A DNA stretch of 64,000 nucleotides, taken from contig MEXB01000004.1 of the NCBI GenBank assembly GCA_001773575.1, positions 10,217-74,216 on the forward strand, given 5' to 3'. Shown piece after piece: positions 20,283-28,329 of this stretch. This DNA is from Candidatus Adlerbacteria bacterium RIFOXYC1_FULL_48_26 (GTDB lineage Bacteria > Patescibacteriota > Minisyncoccia > Phycocordibacterales > SBAW01). The notes below the pieces were generated by a model. It worked only from the letters and a program-made list of their open reading frames with translations, was not told the origin of the DNA and made no database searches. The translations under genes and the position numbers were made by a program. Position 1 is the stretch's first letter; every line of letters starts with the position of its first letter.

Positions 20283-21291
20283 ATTTTTTATACTTCTTGC
20301 CGTGTTTTTTATGAGTGTGGGGTTTGCTCACGCCCAGACATCTCTACCTGACCCAGTACAATACGTTGTCATACCGGAAACTCCAGGGCCCAACCAACAA
20401 GTGACTATTGAAGTAAGCGGTGTTGGTACATTTTTAGGTAATGCGGCTATTACCTGGCAGATGGATGGAAAAACTGTGGGTGGGGCAACGGGCCGAACAT
20501 TTACCTTTACTACAGGTGGTATCGGTAGCCCAACCAATATTCGTCTGACTATAAACTCAGCAACTCAGGGTATCATTTCTCACAACTTTGCCTTTAACCC
20601 TTCTGTTATTAACTTAGTATGGGAGGCGGACACCTACACACCGCTTTTATATAAGGGTAAGGCTCTCTACAGCGCTGGCTCTAGCCTCCGTGTTGTAGCG
20701 TTTCCAACAGTACTTATTGGAAAAACGCTTATAGCTAGCAACAAACTTTCATTCCAGTGGTCACGAAATGATACCCCGGACCCCTCCTCGTCGGGCTTAG
20801 GGAAAAATGTATTTTCATTCTATGGCGACCAACTAAACACAGAGGAGAATGTTGTGGTTGATGTATATTCCGGCGGAGTCAAAGTAGGGCAGGGCCGCAT
20901 AACAATACCCGCATCAAAACCCACGGTTATTATGTATTCTGTGGACCCACTTCGTGGAACATTGCTTGGCACAGCCTTTCAAACTGGTTTTGCGCTTCCT
21001 CAAACAGAGACAACACTGAAGGCAGAGCCGTATTTCTTTTCAAATATTAGTTTTACGCGCGGACAAATAAAATATAACTGGTCATTGGGTGGGGAAGAGA
21101 CCACAGGCCCTGATGCTGCAAAAGGGTTACTCACGCTTAGACAAACTGGAACGGGGAGCGGCTCTGCGAATATTTCCGTAGATGTGCAGAACAACGAAAA
21201 CGATAAATTGATCCAGGCAGCAAGCGCCAACCTCAACCTTCTTTTTGGACCACAAACCGGCTCATCCATCCTTAACCTTTTTGGTTTATGA
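20272..21291 (+). CDS. Hypothetical secreted protein with tandem Ig/PKD-like beta-sandwich domains
   Basis: Signal peptide; repeated ITWQMDG / FQWSRND / YNWSLGG strands; LVWEADTYTPLLYKGKAL. Confidence 0.8.
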   Translation: MQHKFFILLAVFFMSVGFAHAQTSLPDPVQYVVIPETPGPNQQVTIEVSGVGTFLGNAAITWQMDGKTVGGATGRTFTFTTGGIGSPTNIRLTINSATQGIISHNFAFNPSVINLVWEADTYTPLLYKGKALYSAGSSLRVVAFPTVLIGKTLIASNKLSFQWSRNDTPDPSSSGLGKNVFSFYGDQLNTEENVVVDVYSGGVKVGQGRITIPASKPTVIMYSVDPLRGTLLGTAFQTGFALPQTETTLKAEPYFFSNISFTRGQIKYNWSLGGEETTGPDAAKGLLTLRQTGTGSGSANISVDVQNNENDKLIQAASANLNLLFGPQTGSSILNLFGL

Positions 21292-22061
21292 AAAAATACC
21301 TTCTTAATTTCATAGGCATACTCTTCTTCTTTGGTGTGGTTTTTTCACCAGGAACCTCTCAAGTTACTCATGCACAGATAACCACTTCCGGATGCTATAC
21401 CTGCTCTACATCAGCAAGCAACAGTTGTACTAGGGTTGGTACGCCAGATATAAATGGCGTCTGCGCACAAGGGAATCCTATATACGTAAATGGTGAAACT
21501 GGGCAATATGCTCCTGGCACAGGTGTTCAAAATAATCTTTCATATACACCTCTTGAACCAATACCTGGGCAAGCTGGAGTCGCAACAGATTTTTGTGGCC
21601 TATTAAATACATTATTTAAAGTTTTGATCTATCTAGGAGGAATGGTCGCAGTGCTCTTCTTGGTGCTTGGTGGAATTACCTACATGGTTTCAGAGGTAGT
21701 GGACAAGCGTTCCATGGCACGTGAGCGTATAAAGTCTTCTATAATTGGGTTGATCATACTTCTAAGTACCTATCTGATTCTCTTCACCATAAACCCCACC
21801 TTGGTGAACGCATGTAATGTGCTTAATGGAAACACGGGCGGAGTTGTTCAATCTCAATCGAGCGTTGCTGCAGAAAATGCACAGAAAATTGCTGCGGCTA
21901 AAGCGCAGTGTGAAAGAAATTCGGGCTCAAAATTTTGTATAGTGCCAAATAATGGTACGTGCCAAACAATTACTCCATACCAGGCGGCGATATGCGAAAA
22001 CATAACGCCCGGGCAAATCTGTGTTACACGCACACTCTGGTTCGGAGGGGGATGTCAGTAA
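21288..22061 (+). CDS. VirB2/TrbC-like pilin with Cys-rich flanking domains
   Basis: Core AVLFLVLGGITYMVS...ARERIKSSIIGLIILLSTYLILFTINP is typical of CPR T4SS pilins. Confidence 0.8.
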   Translation: MKKYLLNFIGILFFFGVVFSPGTSQVTHAQITTSGCYTCSTSASNSCTRVGTPDINGVCAQGNPIYVNGETGQYAPGTGVQNNLSYTPLEPIPGQAGVATDFCGLLNTLFKVLIYLGGMVAVLFLVLGGITYMVSEVVDKRSMARERIKSSIIGLIILLSTYLILFTINPTLVNACNVLNGNTGGVVQSQSSVAAENAQKIAAAKAQCERNSGSKFCIVPNNGTCQTITPYQAAICENITPGQICVTRTLWFGGGCQ

Positions 22062-22064
22062 AAA

Positions 22065-23279
22065 ATGAAAAATACTATTTACATAATCTCAGTAATCCTT
22101 GTCTTAGGCCTAGCCCTAGGAGGAGCATTTCTCTTTTTCCGACCCTCTTCAACTCCAGGACAAACCTCTTCCGGCGGACTCTTTGGGTTTGGAAGCACCG
22201 CGACGAATGTGCCAAGCACAGGCGATGACACAAACACTCCCCAAGTAGGAATTTCAACACTACAGAGTATCTTCAAGCTCGCAGACGGGCCTATTGCTGG
22301 AGCAGCTTTTACACAAACATTTAAACCAACAACAACAGTCGCACGCTACACCCGTGCCGATAACGGCCACGTGCTTGATATACCTATAGGCGTATCTGGG
22401 GCTGTGGCACGCGCTGTGTCGAACGTTACTGTTCCAGGCATTACATCCTCAGTCTGGACAACCTTCGGTAGCTCAACGGTTATGCAGTATGTGGACTCAG
22501 GTATTGTTAAAACCATGTATGTGGCCTTTAGTGTCGCTAGCTCAACCGTTGCCAACTCTCCTGTAACTCCATCCCGCATACGTTTCCTCCCTAACGGCAT
22601 TGTTTCGTTTGCCCTAGATCCAAAAGACACTCGCGTTGCGTACCTACTCCTTAACAGCAGTGGGGGCGTGGATGGGTATATTTCGAATCTCGACGGAACG
22701 AGTGTAAAAAATGTATTCTCACTACCGTTATCTCAAGCAATAGTGTCTTGGCCATCAGCAAATACATTACTCGTACAAACAAAGAGCGCGTTTGGTGTCC
22801 CTGGAGTTGCATATTCAGTGAACGCGACCACAGGCGCCTTATCACCCCTTCTATACGCACCAGGCCTCTCTACATCAGCAAATAAAAACTTTACAAAAGT
22901 TGTATATCAAACAAATGCAGATAATAACGCGACAACCTATTCGCATGACATGGCGACAGGGAAGGACGCGCCTCTCGTAAATAACCCTCTACCTGAAAAG
23001 TGTGTATGGAGTATTCTTCCTGCCACCGATGCGTACTGTGCAGTACCACTTGAGGTAGTGCCATCAAACTACATGGATCTTTGGCATCAAGGATTAGTTC
23101 AGACTGCAGATGCCATCGTTAATCTTGATACAAACACAGGTATAGGAAGTGTTGTCACCTTGCCGGGGGACGGGGGAGTGAATAGCAGTATAGAGCAGCT
23201 AGTACTTTCTCCAGACGGAAATTATCTAATGTTTATCACACGCGGAGACCAAGCGCTTTGGGGAGTAAAGCTGCGCTAA
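22065..23279 (+). CDS. Hypothetical membrane-anchored beta-propeller-like protein
   Basis: N-terminal TM, beta-rich body, TolB-like LSPDGNYLMF ending. Confidence 0.8.
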   Translation: MKNTIYIISVILVLGLALGGAFLFFRPSSTPGQTSSGGLFGFGSTATNVPSTGDDTNTPQVGISTLQSIFKLADGPIAGAAFTQTFKPTTTVARYTRADNGHVLDIPIGVSGAVARAVSNVTVPGITSSVWTTFGSSTVMQYVDSGIVKTMYVAFSVASSTVANSPVTPSRIRFLPNGIVSFALDPKDTRVAYLLLNSSGGVDGYISNLDGTSVKNVFSLPLSQAIVSWPSANTLLVQTKSAFGVPGVAYSVNATTGALSPLLYAPGLSTSANKNFTKVVYQTNADNNATTYSHDMATGKDAPLVNNPLPEKCVWSILPATDAYCAVPLEVVPSNYMDLWHQGLVQTADAIVNLDTNTGIGSVVTLPGDGGVNSSIEQLVLSPDGNYLMFITRGDQALWGVKLR

Positions 23280-23280
23280 A

Positions 23281-23733
23281 TTATTTCTTACGAAAGGCGA
23301 GGACTATGTGACGGAATTTTCCTTCACCCTCTGAACGAGTTTCAATTTCAGCGTCATTTGCAAACAGTTCGTGCACTACGAGGCGTTCGTATGAACTCAT
23401 AGGCTCCATCTCTACTTCGTGCTTAAAAAGACGCACGCGTTGTGCGAGTGTACGTGCATTAGCACGCACCTGCTCCATCTGTTGTTCGTGATAGTTATTG
23501 AGGTCTATAAGAAATTGCCCCGCATCCTCTCCATGTTGTTTTTCAATAATACGGCGTGCAAGAATTTGGAGTGAGCGCAACCCTTCTGCTTGGTTGTTTA
23601 AAAGATGTTCAGCTTCCGTTGAGGTAACTGAAACAACTGTGCGCGCGCCTTGCGACACAGAGATATCGCTGTATGAGAAGCCGAGATGGCCGAGGAAGGT
23701 TCCAATAAAGGATTTGAGTTCTTCGGCTTGCAT
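23281..23733 (-). CDS. jag: Jag/KhpB (EloR) KH-R3H RNA-binding protein
   Basis: EPMSSYERLVVH R3H motif and SEGEGKFRHIV; directly downstream of yidC. Confidence 0.9.
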   Translation of the reverse strand: MQAEELKSFIGTFLGHLGFSYSDISVSQGARTVVSVTSTEAEHLLNNQAEGLRSLQILARRIIEKQHGEDAGQFLIDLNNYHEQQMEQVRANARTLAQRVRLFKHEVEMEPMSSYERLVVHELFANDAEIETRSEGEGKFRHIVLAFRKK

Positions 23734-23792
23734 AGAGCCACAATACTCTAAATGCCCCTCGCTATGCAACAACTACCAGGCTGCTGGCTATA

Positions 23793-24521
23793 TTATGCTG
23801 CCTTTTCCGCCAGCATTTGGCGCTGGATAAGCCATTCTTGAGCAAGAGAGATGACGCTGCCCGCAATGAAGTAAACACCGACAGCGGCAGGGACTGAGTA
23901 TGAGACAACACCCATAAGGGCAGGAAGGAAGTACAACATTATCTTGCGCTGCATACCCATCATGCGCTCTTTGTCCGTTTGTTTCGCTGAAGATTTCGGA
24001 GTATCCATACGTGCAAACGAGTAAAGAACAACGGCATATTGAAGAACGGCCACAAGAATAGCTATAACGAAGTTGTGGGTTGCTAACAAATCTACAAGTC
24101 CAAAGAAGTTTGTTGAGATAACGGAAGGAACATGCACGAATGAGTAGAGAAGGTCTGTTGCGATAGGGTTAAGGCCTTCGTTAAAGAATGCGTAGTACAG
24201 CGCGATAAACACTGGTATTTGTACGAGAAGTGAGAGGAACGCGCTGATTGGACGTACTTTATGCTTGCGAAACAACGCCATTGTGAGCTCTCCGCGTTTT
24301 TGCGCATCGTCTTTGTGTTTAGTATTGATCTCATCGAGCTCGCCCTGCAGTGCCTGCATACCCATCTGAGTGCGAATATTTGAAGCAAACAAAGGATAAA
24401 ATATGATACGGATGATGAGCGTTACTGCAATAATCGCAAGACCGACATCACCAGCTGGCATTATGCCAATCAAGAAAATAAATGTGTTGTAGAACGGATC
24501 GATAAGAAGTGTGTGGAACAT
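23793..24521 (-). CDS. yidC: Membrane protein insertase YidC
   Basis: GLAIIAVTLIIRIIFYPL and LVQIPVFIALY; rpmH-rnpA-yidC-jag synteny. Confidence 0.95.
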   Translation of the reverse strand: MFHTLLIDPFYNTFIFLIGIMPAGDVGLAIIAVTLIIRIIFYPLFASNIRTQMGMQALQGELDEINTKHKDDAQKRGELTMALFRKHKVRPISAFLSLLVQIPVFIALYYAFFNEGLNPIATDLLYSFVHVPSVISTNFFGLVDLLATHNFVIAILVAVLQYAVVLYSFARMDTPKSSAKQTDKERMMGMQRKIMLYFLPALMGVVSYSVPAAVGVYFIAGSVISLAQEWLIQRQMLAEKAA

Positions 24522-24524
24522 AGT

Positions 24525-24833
24525 TTAATTTTTTAACAATACCACTAAATCATTTAGGAATGCTGGTGTGAGGGGACCCGCAGGAACTTTCTGAATAAAG
24601 ATTACCGCAGTGCCTGTCCCTTTGTATGCGGTGAGCGCTCGGTACAATGCCCGACGCAATCTATTACGCTCAACTGCTTTTTTAGCAACCTTCTTAGATA
24701 CTACAGCAGAAGCGCGTAAAACATTGCTCCCTGTTACATATTTTGCAGAAAGTAGGGAAGCGCGGCGTGAACGCCCCGCCGCCAGTACATCTTTCACTTC
24801 CCGAGCAGACAAACGTCTACGTTTTGGGAGCAT
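24525..24833 (-). CDS. rnpA: Ribonuclease P protein component
   Basis: MLPKRRRL and VSKKVAKKAVERNRLRR (RNR motif). Confidence 0.93.
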   Translation of the reverse strand: MLPKRRRLSAREVKDVLAAGRSRRASLLSAKYVTGSNVLRASAVVSKKVAKKAVERNRLRRALYRALTAYKGTGTAVIFIQKVPAGPLTPAFLNDLVVLLKN

Positions 24834-24844
24834 AGGAGTTTAGT

Positions 24845-24979
24845 TTAGACCGAAACCTTTGAGCGGCCCTTGCGGCGGCGGCGCTGCATGGTCTTAACGC
24901 CTCCCGGAGTAGCCGAGCGCTTTAGGAAACCGTGCGAACGTGCGCGTTTGCGCTTTTTTGGTTGATAGGTTTGTGACAT
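24845..24979 (-). CDS. rpmH: 50S ribosomal protein L34 (missing from the ORF track)
   Basis: Manual translation: MSQTYQPKKRKRARSHGFLKRSATPGGVKTMQRRRRKGRSKVSV*. Confidence 0.97.
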   Translation of the reverse strand: MSQTYQPKKRKRARSHGFLKRSATPGGVKTMQRRRRKGRSKVSV

Positions 24980-25051
24980 AGGTAATTAGGACAATACCAC
25001 AACTGATTTGATAAGGAAACCCCGCCAAGGTCGGACCTTGTCAAACTGAGT

Positions 25052-25083
25052 TTATACACAGTTACTCCACAATGTTCTGCACA
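25052..25083 (+). promoter_or_regulatory. DnaA-box cluster upstream of dnaA
   Basis: TTATACACA, TACTCCACA and TTCTGCACA in tandem. Confidence 0.65.
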
Positions 25084-25137
25084 TGTGGTTTTTTTGACGG
25101 CAAGGGTTTGAGCGCGTATCCTTACACCACTACCGCC

Positions 25138-26484
25138 ATGACAACCACTAAAGAACTTTGGGAAAATGCACTGGTTGAACTAGAACTCACCATTTCAAAA
25201 CCAAATTTCAACACCTGGTTTAAGGATACTCATATAGTTAAGGTCGAAGAGGGAACAGTATACCTAGGAGTTCCAAGCCAATTTGCTCGAGACTGGCTCT
25301 CTACTAAGTTTCATAAGGATATTTTACGCTCATTGCGCAGCCTTTCAGATACGGTTCGTTCTGTTGAATACATTATTTCGCGCGGCCCAAAGAAAAATAC
25401 TACTGAGGAGGCTCGTACGGTTCCACCACCTCCATCAGAGCTGCCTCTTGAGAGTATTCACCAGAAAACTAATCTTAACCCTCGTTTTACCTTCTCTTCC
25501 CTTGTGGTTGGGCCGTTTAATGAGCTTGCACATGCTGCAGCACAGGCTGTTATACGAAAACCGGGTATTGCATACAACCCACTTCTTATATATGGACCTA
25601 CAGGACTTGGAAAAACCCACCTTATACAGTCTATAGGTAACCATTTCCGCGTCACCACCCCAGACCGAAAGGTTCAATATATGACCTCGGAGAAATTCTC
25701 TATGGACTACGTTTCTGCGATTCAAGCAGGAAAAGTCCAATCTTTTAAGGAGAAATACCGCCAATATGACCTACTCATCATGGACGATGTGCAGTTTTTG
25801 GCCAAAATGGAGAAGACCAAAGAGGAGTTCTTCCACCTATTCAACTTCCTCCACGACGGTAATAAGCAGCTTATTTTCACCTCTGACCAGCATCCAAACG
25901 TCATTCAAGGTCTTGAAGACCGTATGCGTTCTCGCCTTAACGCGGGAATGATCGTCTCAGTAACTCCACCAGACCATGAGTCTCGTCTTGCTATAGTTCG
26001 CGCAAAAGCGACTGCCCACAACGTTATAATGCCCGACGAGGTCTTGGAGTACCTTGCCACTACAGTTGAGGGTAATGTGCGCGAGTTGGAAGGAGCGCTT
26101 AACCTACTTTTGATACAGTTTGAACTTCGAAATAACGAAACTCTTACCTTAAATGATGCGAAAACTCTTCTTCGTGGAGCAGCAAGCGCAACAAAGAAGG
26201 CAGTTTCCGTCCAGGAGGTTGTGCGCACTATATCTGGCTTCTATGGAGTTGAGGAGCATAGTATTTACGAAAAAACTCGCAGAAAAGAGGTTGTTCGCCC
26301 ACGCCAGGTCATTATGTTCTTACTCCGCGAGGATTTTAAGATCTCATTCCCAACTATTGGGGAGAAACTAGGGGGTAGAGACCACACTACTGTTATTCAC
26401 TCGTGCGAAAAAATCAAAAACGACCTCCGCAGCGACAGTATTCTGAGCCAAGAGCTCAGTCAGATCCGCCTCATGTTGAAATGA
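25138..26484 (+). CDS. dnaA: Chromosomal replication initiator DnaA
   Basis: YNPLLIYGPTGLGKTHL, DDVQFL, NVRELEGAL and GGRDHTTVIH motifs. Confidence 0.98.
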   Translation: MTTTKELWENALVELELTISKPNFNTWFKDTHIVKVEEGTVYLGVPSQFARDWLSTKFHKDILRSLRSLSDTVRSVEYIISRGPKKNTTEEARTVPPPPSELPLESIHQKTNLNPRFTFSSLVVGPFNELAHAAAQAVIRKPGIAYNPLLIYGPTGLGKTHLIQSIGNHFRVTTPDRKVQYMTSEKFSMDYVSAIQAGKVQSFKEKYRQYDLLIMDDVQFLAKMEKTKEEFFHLFNFLHDGNKQLIFTSDQHPNVIQGLEDRMRSRLNAGMIVSVTPPDHESRLAIVRAKATAHNVIMPDEVLEYLATTVEGNVRELEGALNLLLIQFELRNNETLTLNDAKTLLRGAASATKKAVSVQEVVRTISGFYGVEEHSIYEKTRRKEVVRPRQVIMFLLREDFKISFPTIGEKLGGRDHTTVIHSCEKIKNDLRSDSILSQELSQIRLMLK

Positions 26485-26693
26485 TGTGGATATGTGGTTG
26501 TATAGGGGTGGGGAGAACAGCTGAATATCGTATGAAGAAGTCCTCGAAGAAGTAGTTGTCCACAAAAGAAGTCCTTTCATACCAACAGGTAAACAGAAAC
26601 GTATGTTCCTTGCGGAGCTTATGAAATAACGCTAATTTTGAGTTATCCAGATATACACAGCTATAGTAGTAATAAGGTTTTATTAAAGAAAAA
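26485..26693. other. Probable oriC (dnaA-dnaN intergenic region)
   Basis: DnaA-box-like TGTGGATAT (26485), TTGTCCACA (26556), TTATCCAGA (26643) and ATATACACA (26651), followed by a DnaA-trio-like ATA-GTA-GTA-ATA run and an AT-rich tract. Confidence 0.75.
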
Positions 26694-27791
26694 ATGAAAT
26701 TTGAGACCAGTACAACAGAATTTCTCTCCGCGGTGGGGACAGCAACACGTTTTGTTGAACGTCGTGCAAACCTTCCAGTACTCGCTGGAATTTTGATGGT
26801 TGCAGAAGGTGGTCGTCTTACCTTGCGCGCTACTAACCTTGAGTGTGGGGTTGAGATAACTGTTCCGGCAAAAATTACAACTGAAGGTATGGTTGTGGTC
26901 CCTGCTGCAGTGCTTTCAGGATTTTTAAATACAGCACGAGGTAAAACAGTTTCGATCTCTCTTGTAGGAGAAGTTTGTAAGGTGGAGACAGAACGTGCCT
27001 CAGCATCGATTAAAACGCTTCCACACGAAGATTTCCCAGTGCTTCCACGTGTATCCGCAGAACGCTCATTTACTGCTAAGAGCGCGGATCTGGCGCGTGC
27101 AATACGCAGTGTTGCGTACTGTGCATCACTTTCTGCTACAAAACCTGAACTTCAGAGTGTATTGCTTAGTGCTGATGGGGGTAAGCTCACAGCAGCAGCA
27201 ACGGACTCATTCCGTCTTGCGGAGAAGGTGGTACCTCTTCGTGGCGGAGCCTCAACCCCTCAACTTCTTGTTCCTGCGCGTAATGCAGCAGAGCTTATGC
27301 GTATTCTCGATACAGCAGGAGGTGAAGCAGAGATCTACTTCAATGAAAACCAGCTTTCAACCCATGTAGGAACTATTTACTACACAAGCCGTGTTATTGA
27401 TGCCGCATTTCCTAACTACAAACAAATTATTCCAAAGACCTTTGCAACAGAAGCGCTCGTACTACGCGAAGATCTCTCTGTAGCTCTTAAATCAATCAGT
27501 ATTTTTGCAGATAAGTTCTCGCATGTATCTGTGGCCCTCGACCCAGCTAAAAAAATAGTTACGCTTACATCCCGCAACCCAGATGTGGGGGAGCAAGTGT
27601 GCACACTTAAAGCGACTATAACTGGTGAACCTTTCACTATGTCCTTTAACGGCCGTTACCTTGCCGACAGCCTCCAGTCTGCCCAAGGAGAAAGCATTAA
27701 AATCCAGGCTAATGGCCCCGGTAAGGCTATTCTCATCCGCGATGCAGGTGATGACTCATTCTTCTACCTTGCGATGCCAATGAACCGCTAA
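26694..27791 (+). CDS. dnaN: DNA polymerase III beta clamp
   Basis: ATNLE, ATDSFRLAE, FPNYKQIIP and YLAMPM motifs. Confidence 0.97.
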   Translation: MKFETSTTEFLSAVGTATRFVERRANLPVLAGILMVAEGGRLTLRATNLECGVEITVPAKITTEGMVVVPAAVLSGFLNTARGKTVSISLVGEVCKVETERASASIKTLPHEDFPVLPRVSAERSFTAKSADLARAIRSVAYCASLSATKPELQSVLLSADGGKLTAAATDSFRLAEKVVPLRGGASTPQLLVPARNAAELMRILDTAGGEAEIYFNENQLSTHVGTIYYTSRVIDAAFPNYKQIIPKTFATEALVLREDLSVALKSISIFADKFSHVSVALDPAKKIVTLTSRNPDVGEQVCTLKATITGEPFTMSFNGRYLADSLQSAQGESIKIQANGPGKAILIRDAGDDSFFYLAMPMNR

Positions 27792-28327
27792 TGGCCCTCT
27801 ACTTCATTACAGGAAGTAAAAACAAAGTAGCTGAGGTTCAGTCAGTGCTTCCTGAAATCGAACAGCTTGAAATTCATCTCCCAGAGATTCAAGAGCTGGA
27901 TGCTCATAAAGTAGTTTCTGCAAAACTAGCTGAAGCTCGCCATCATCATAGTGGTGAATGTATAGTCGAAGACACCTCGATATATTTTGAGGGGATGAAC
28001 GGGTTACCAGGACCATTTATTAAATGGTTTTTGGAGGCGTTGGGTTTGGAAAAACTCGCAGAGCTCGGGCAATTCTACGGCGGTAGGGCAGTTGCAAAGG
28101 TTTTGATCGGTTACGCCGATGACAAGGGAACGGTGAAGTTTTTTGAAGGGGAGATGCCTGGAACTATTGTTCCACCACGGACCCAAGCGGGGTTTGGCTG
28201 GGACGCGATTTTTATGCCAGAGGGGTACGACAAAACATTTGGAGAGCTTGGAGTAGAAATAAAAAACACTATGAGTATGCGCGTCCAAGCCGCACGAAAG
28301 CTCAAAGAGTATTTAGATAGTAAGTAA
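27791..28327 (+). CDS. Non-canonical purine NTP pyrophosphatase (Ham1/RdgB/ITPase)
   Basis: FITGSKNKVAE, VEDTS, GLPGPFIKWF and GFGWDAIF motifs. Confidence 0.93.
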   Translation: MALYFITGSKNKVAEVQSVLPEIEQLEIHLPEIQELDAHKVVSAKLAEARHHHSGECIVEDTSIYFEGMNGLPGPFIKWFLEALGLEKLAELGQFYGGRAVAKVLIGYADDKGTVKFFEGEMPGTIVPPRTQAGFGWDAIFMPEGYDKTFGELGVEIKNTMSMRVQAARKLKEYLDSK

Positions 28328-28329
28328 CC

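Noticed and set aside
10351-23279. VirB4 cluster as an integrative conjugative element
   Set aside because: No integrase, relaxase or att repeats. It is embedded between rsmA and jag and uses the same promoter style as core genes.
26482-26484. Alternative genetic code (TGA=Gly, as in Gracilibacteria/Absconditabacteria)
   Set aside because: TGA ends dnaA, polA and tsaE at their expected C-termini, and long genes are uninterrupted under code 11.
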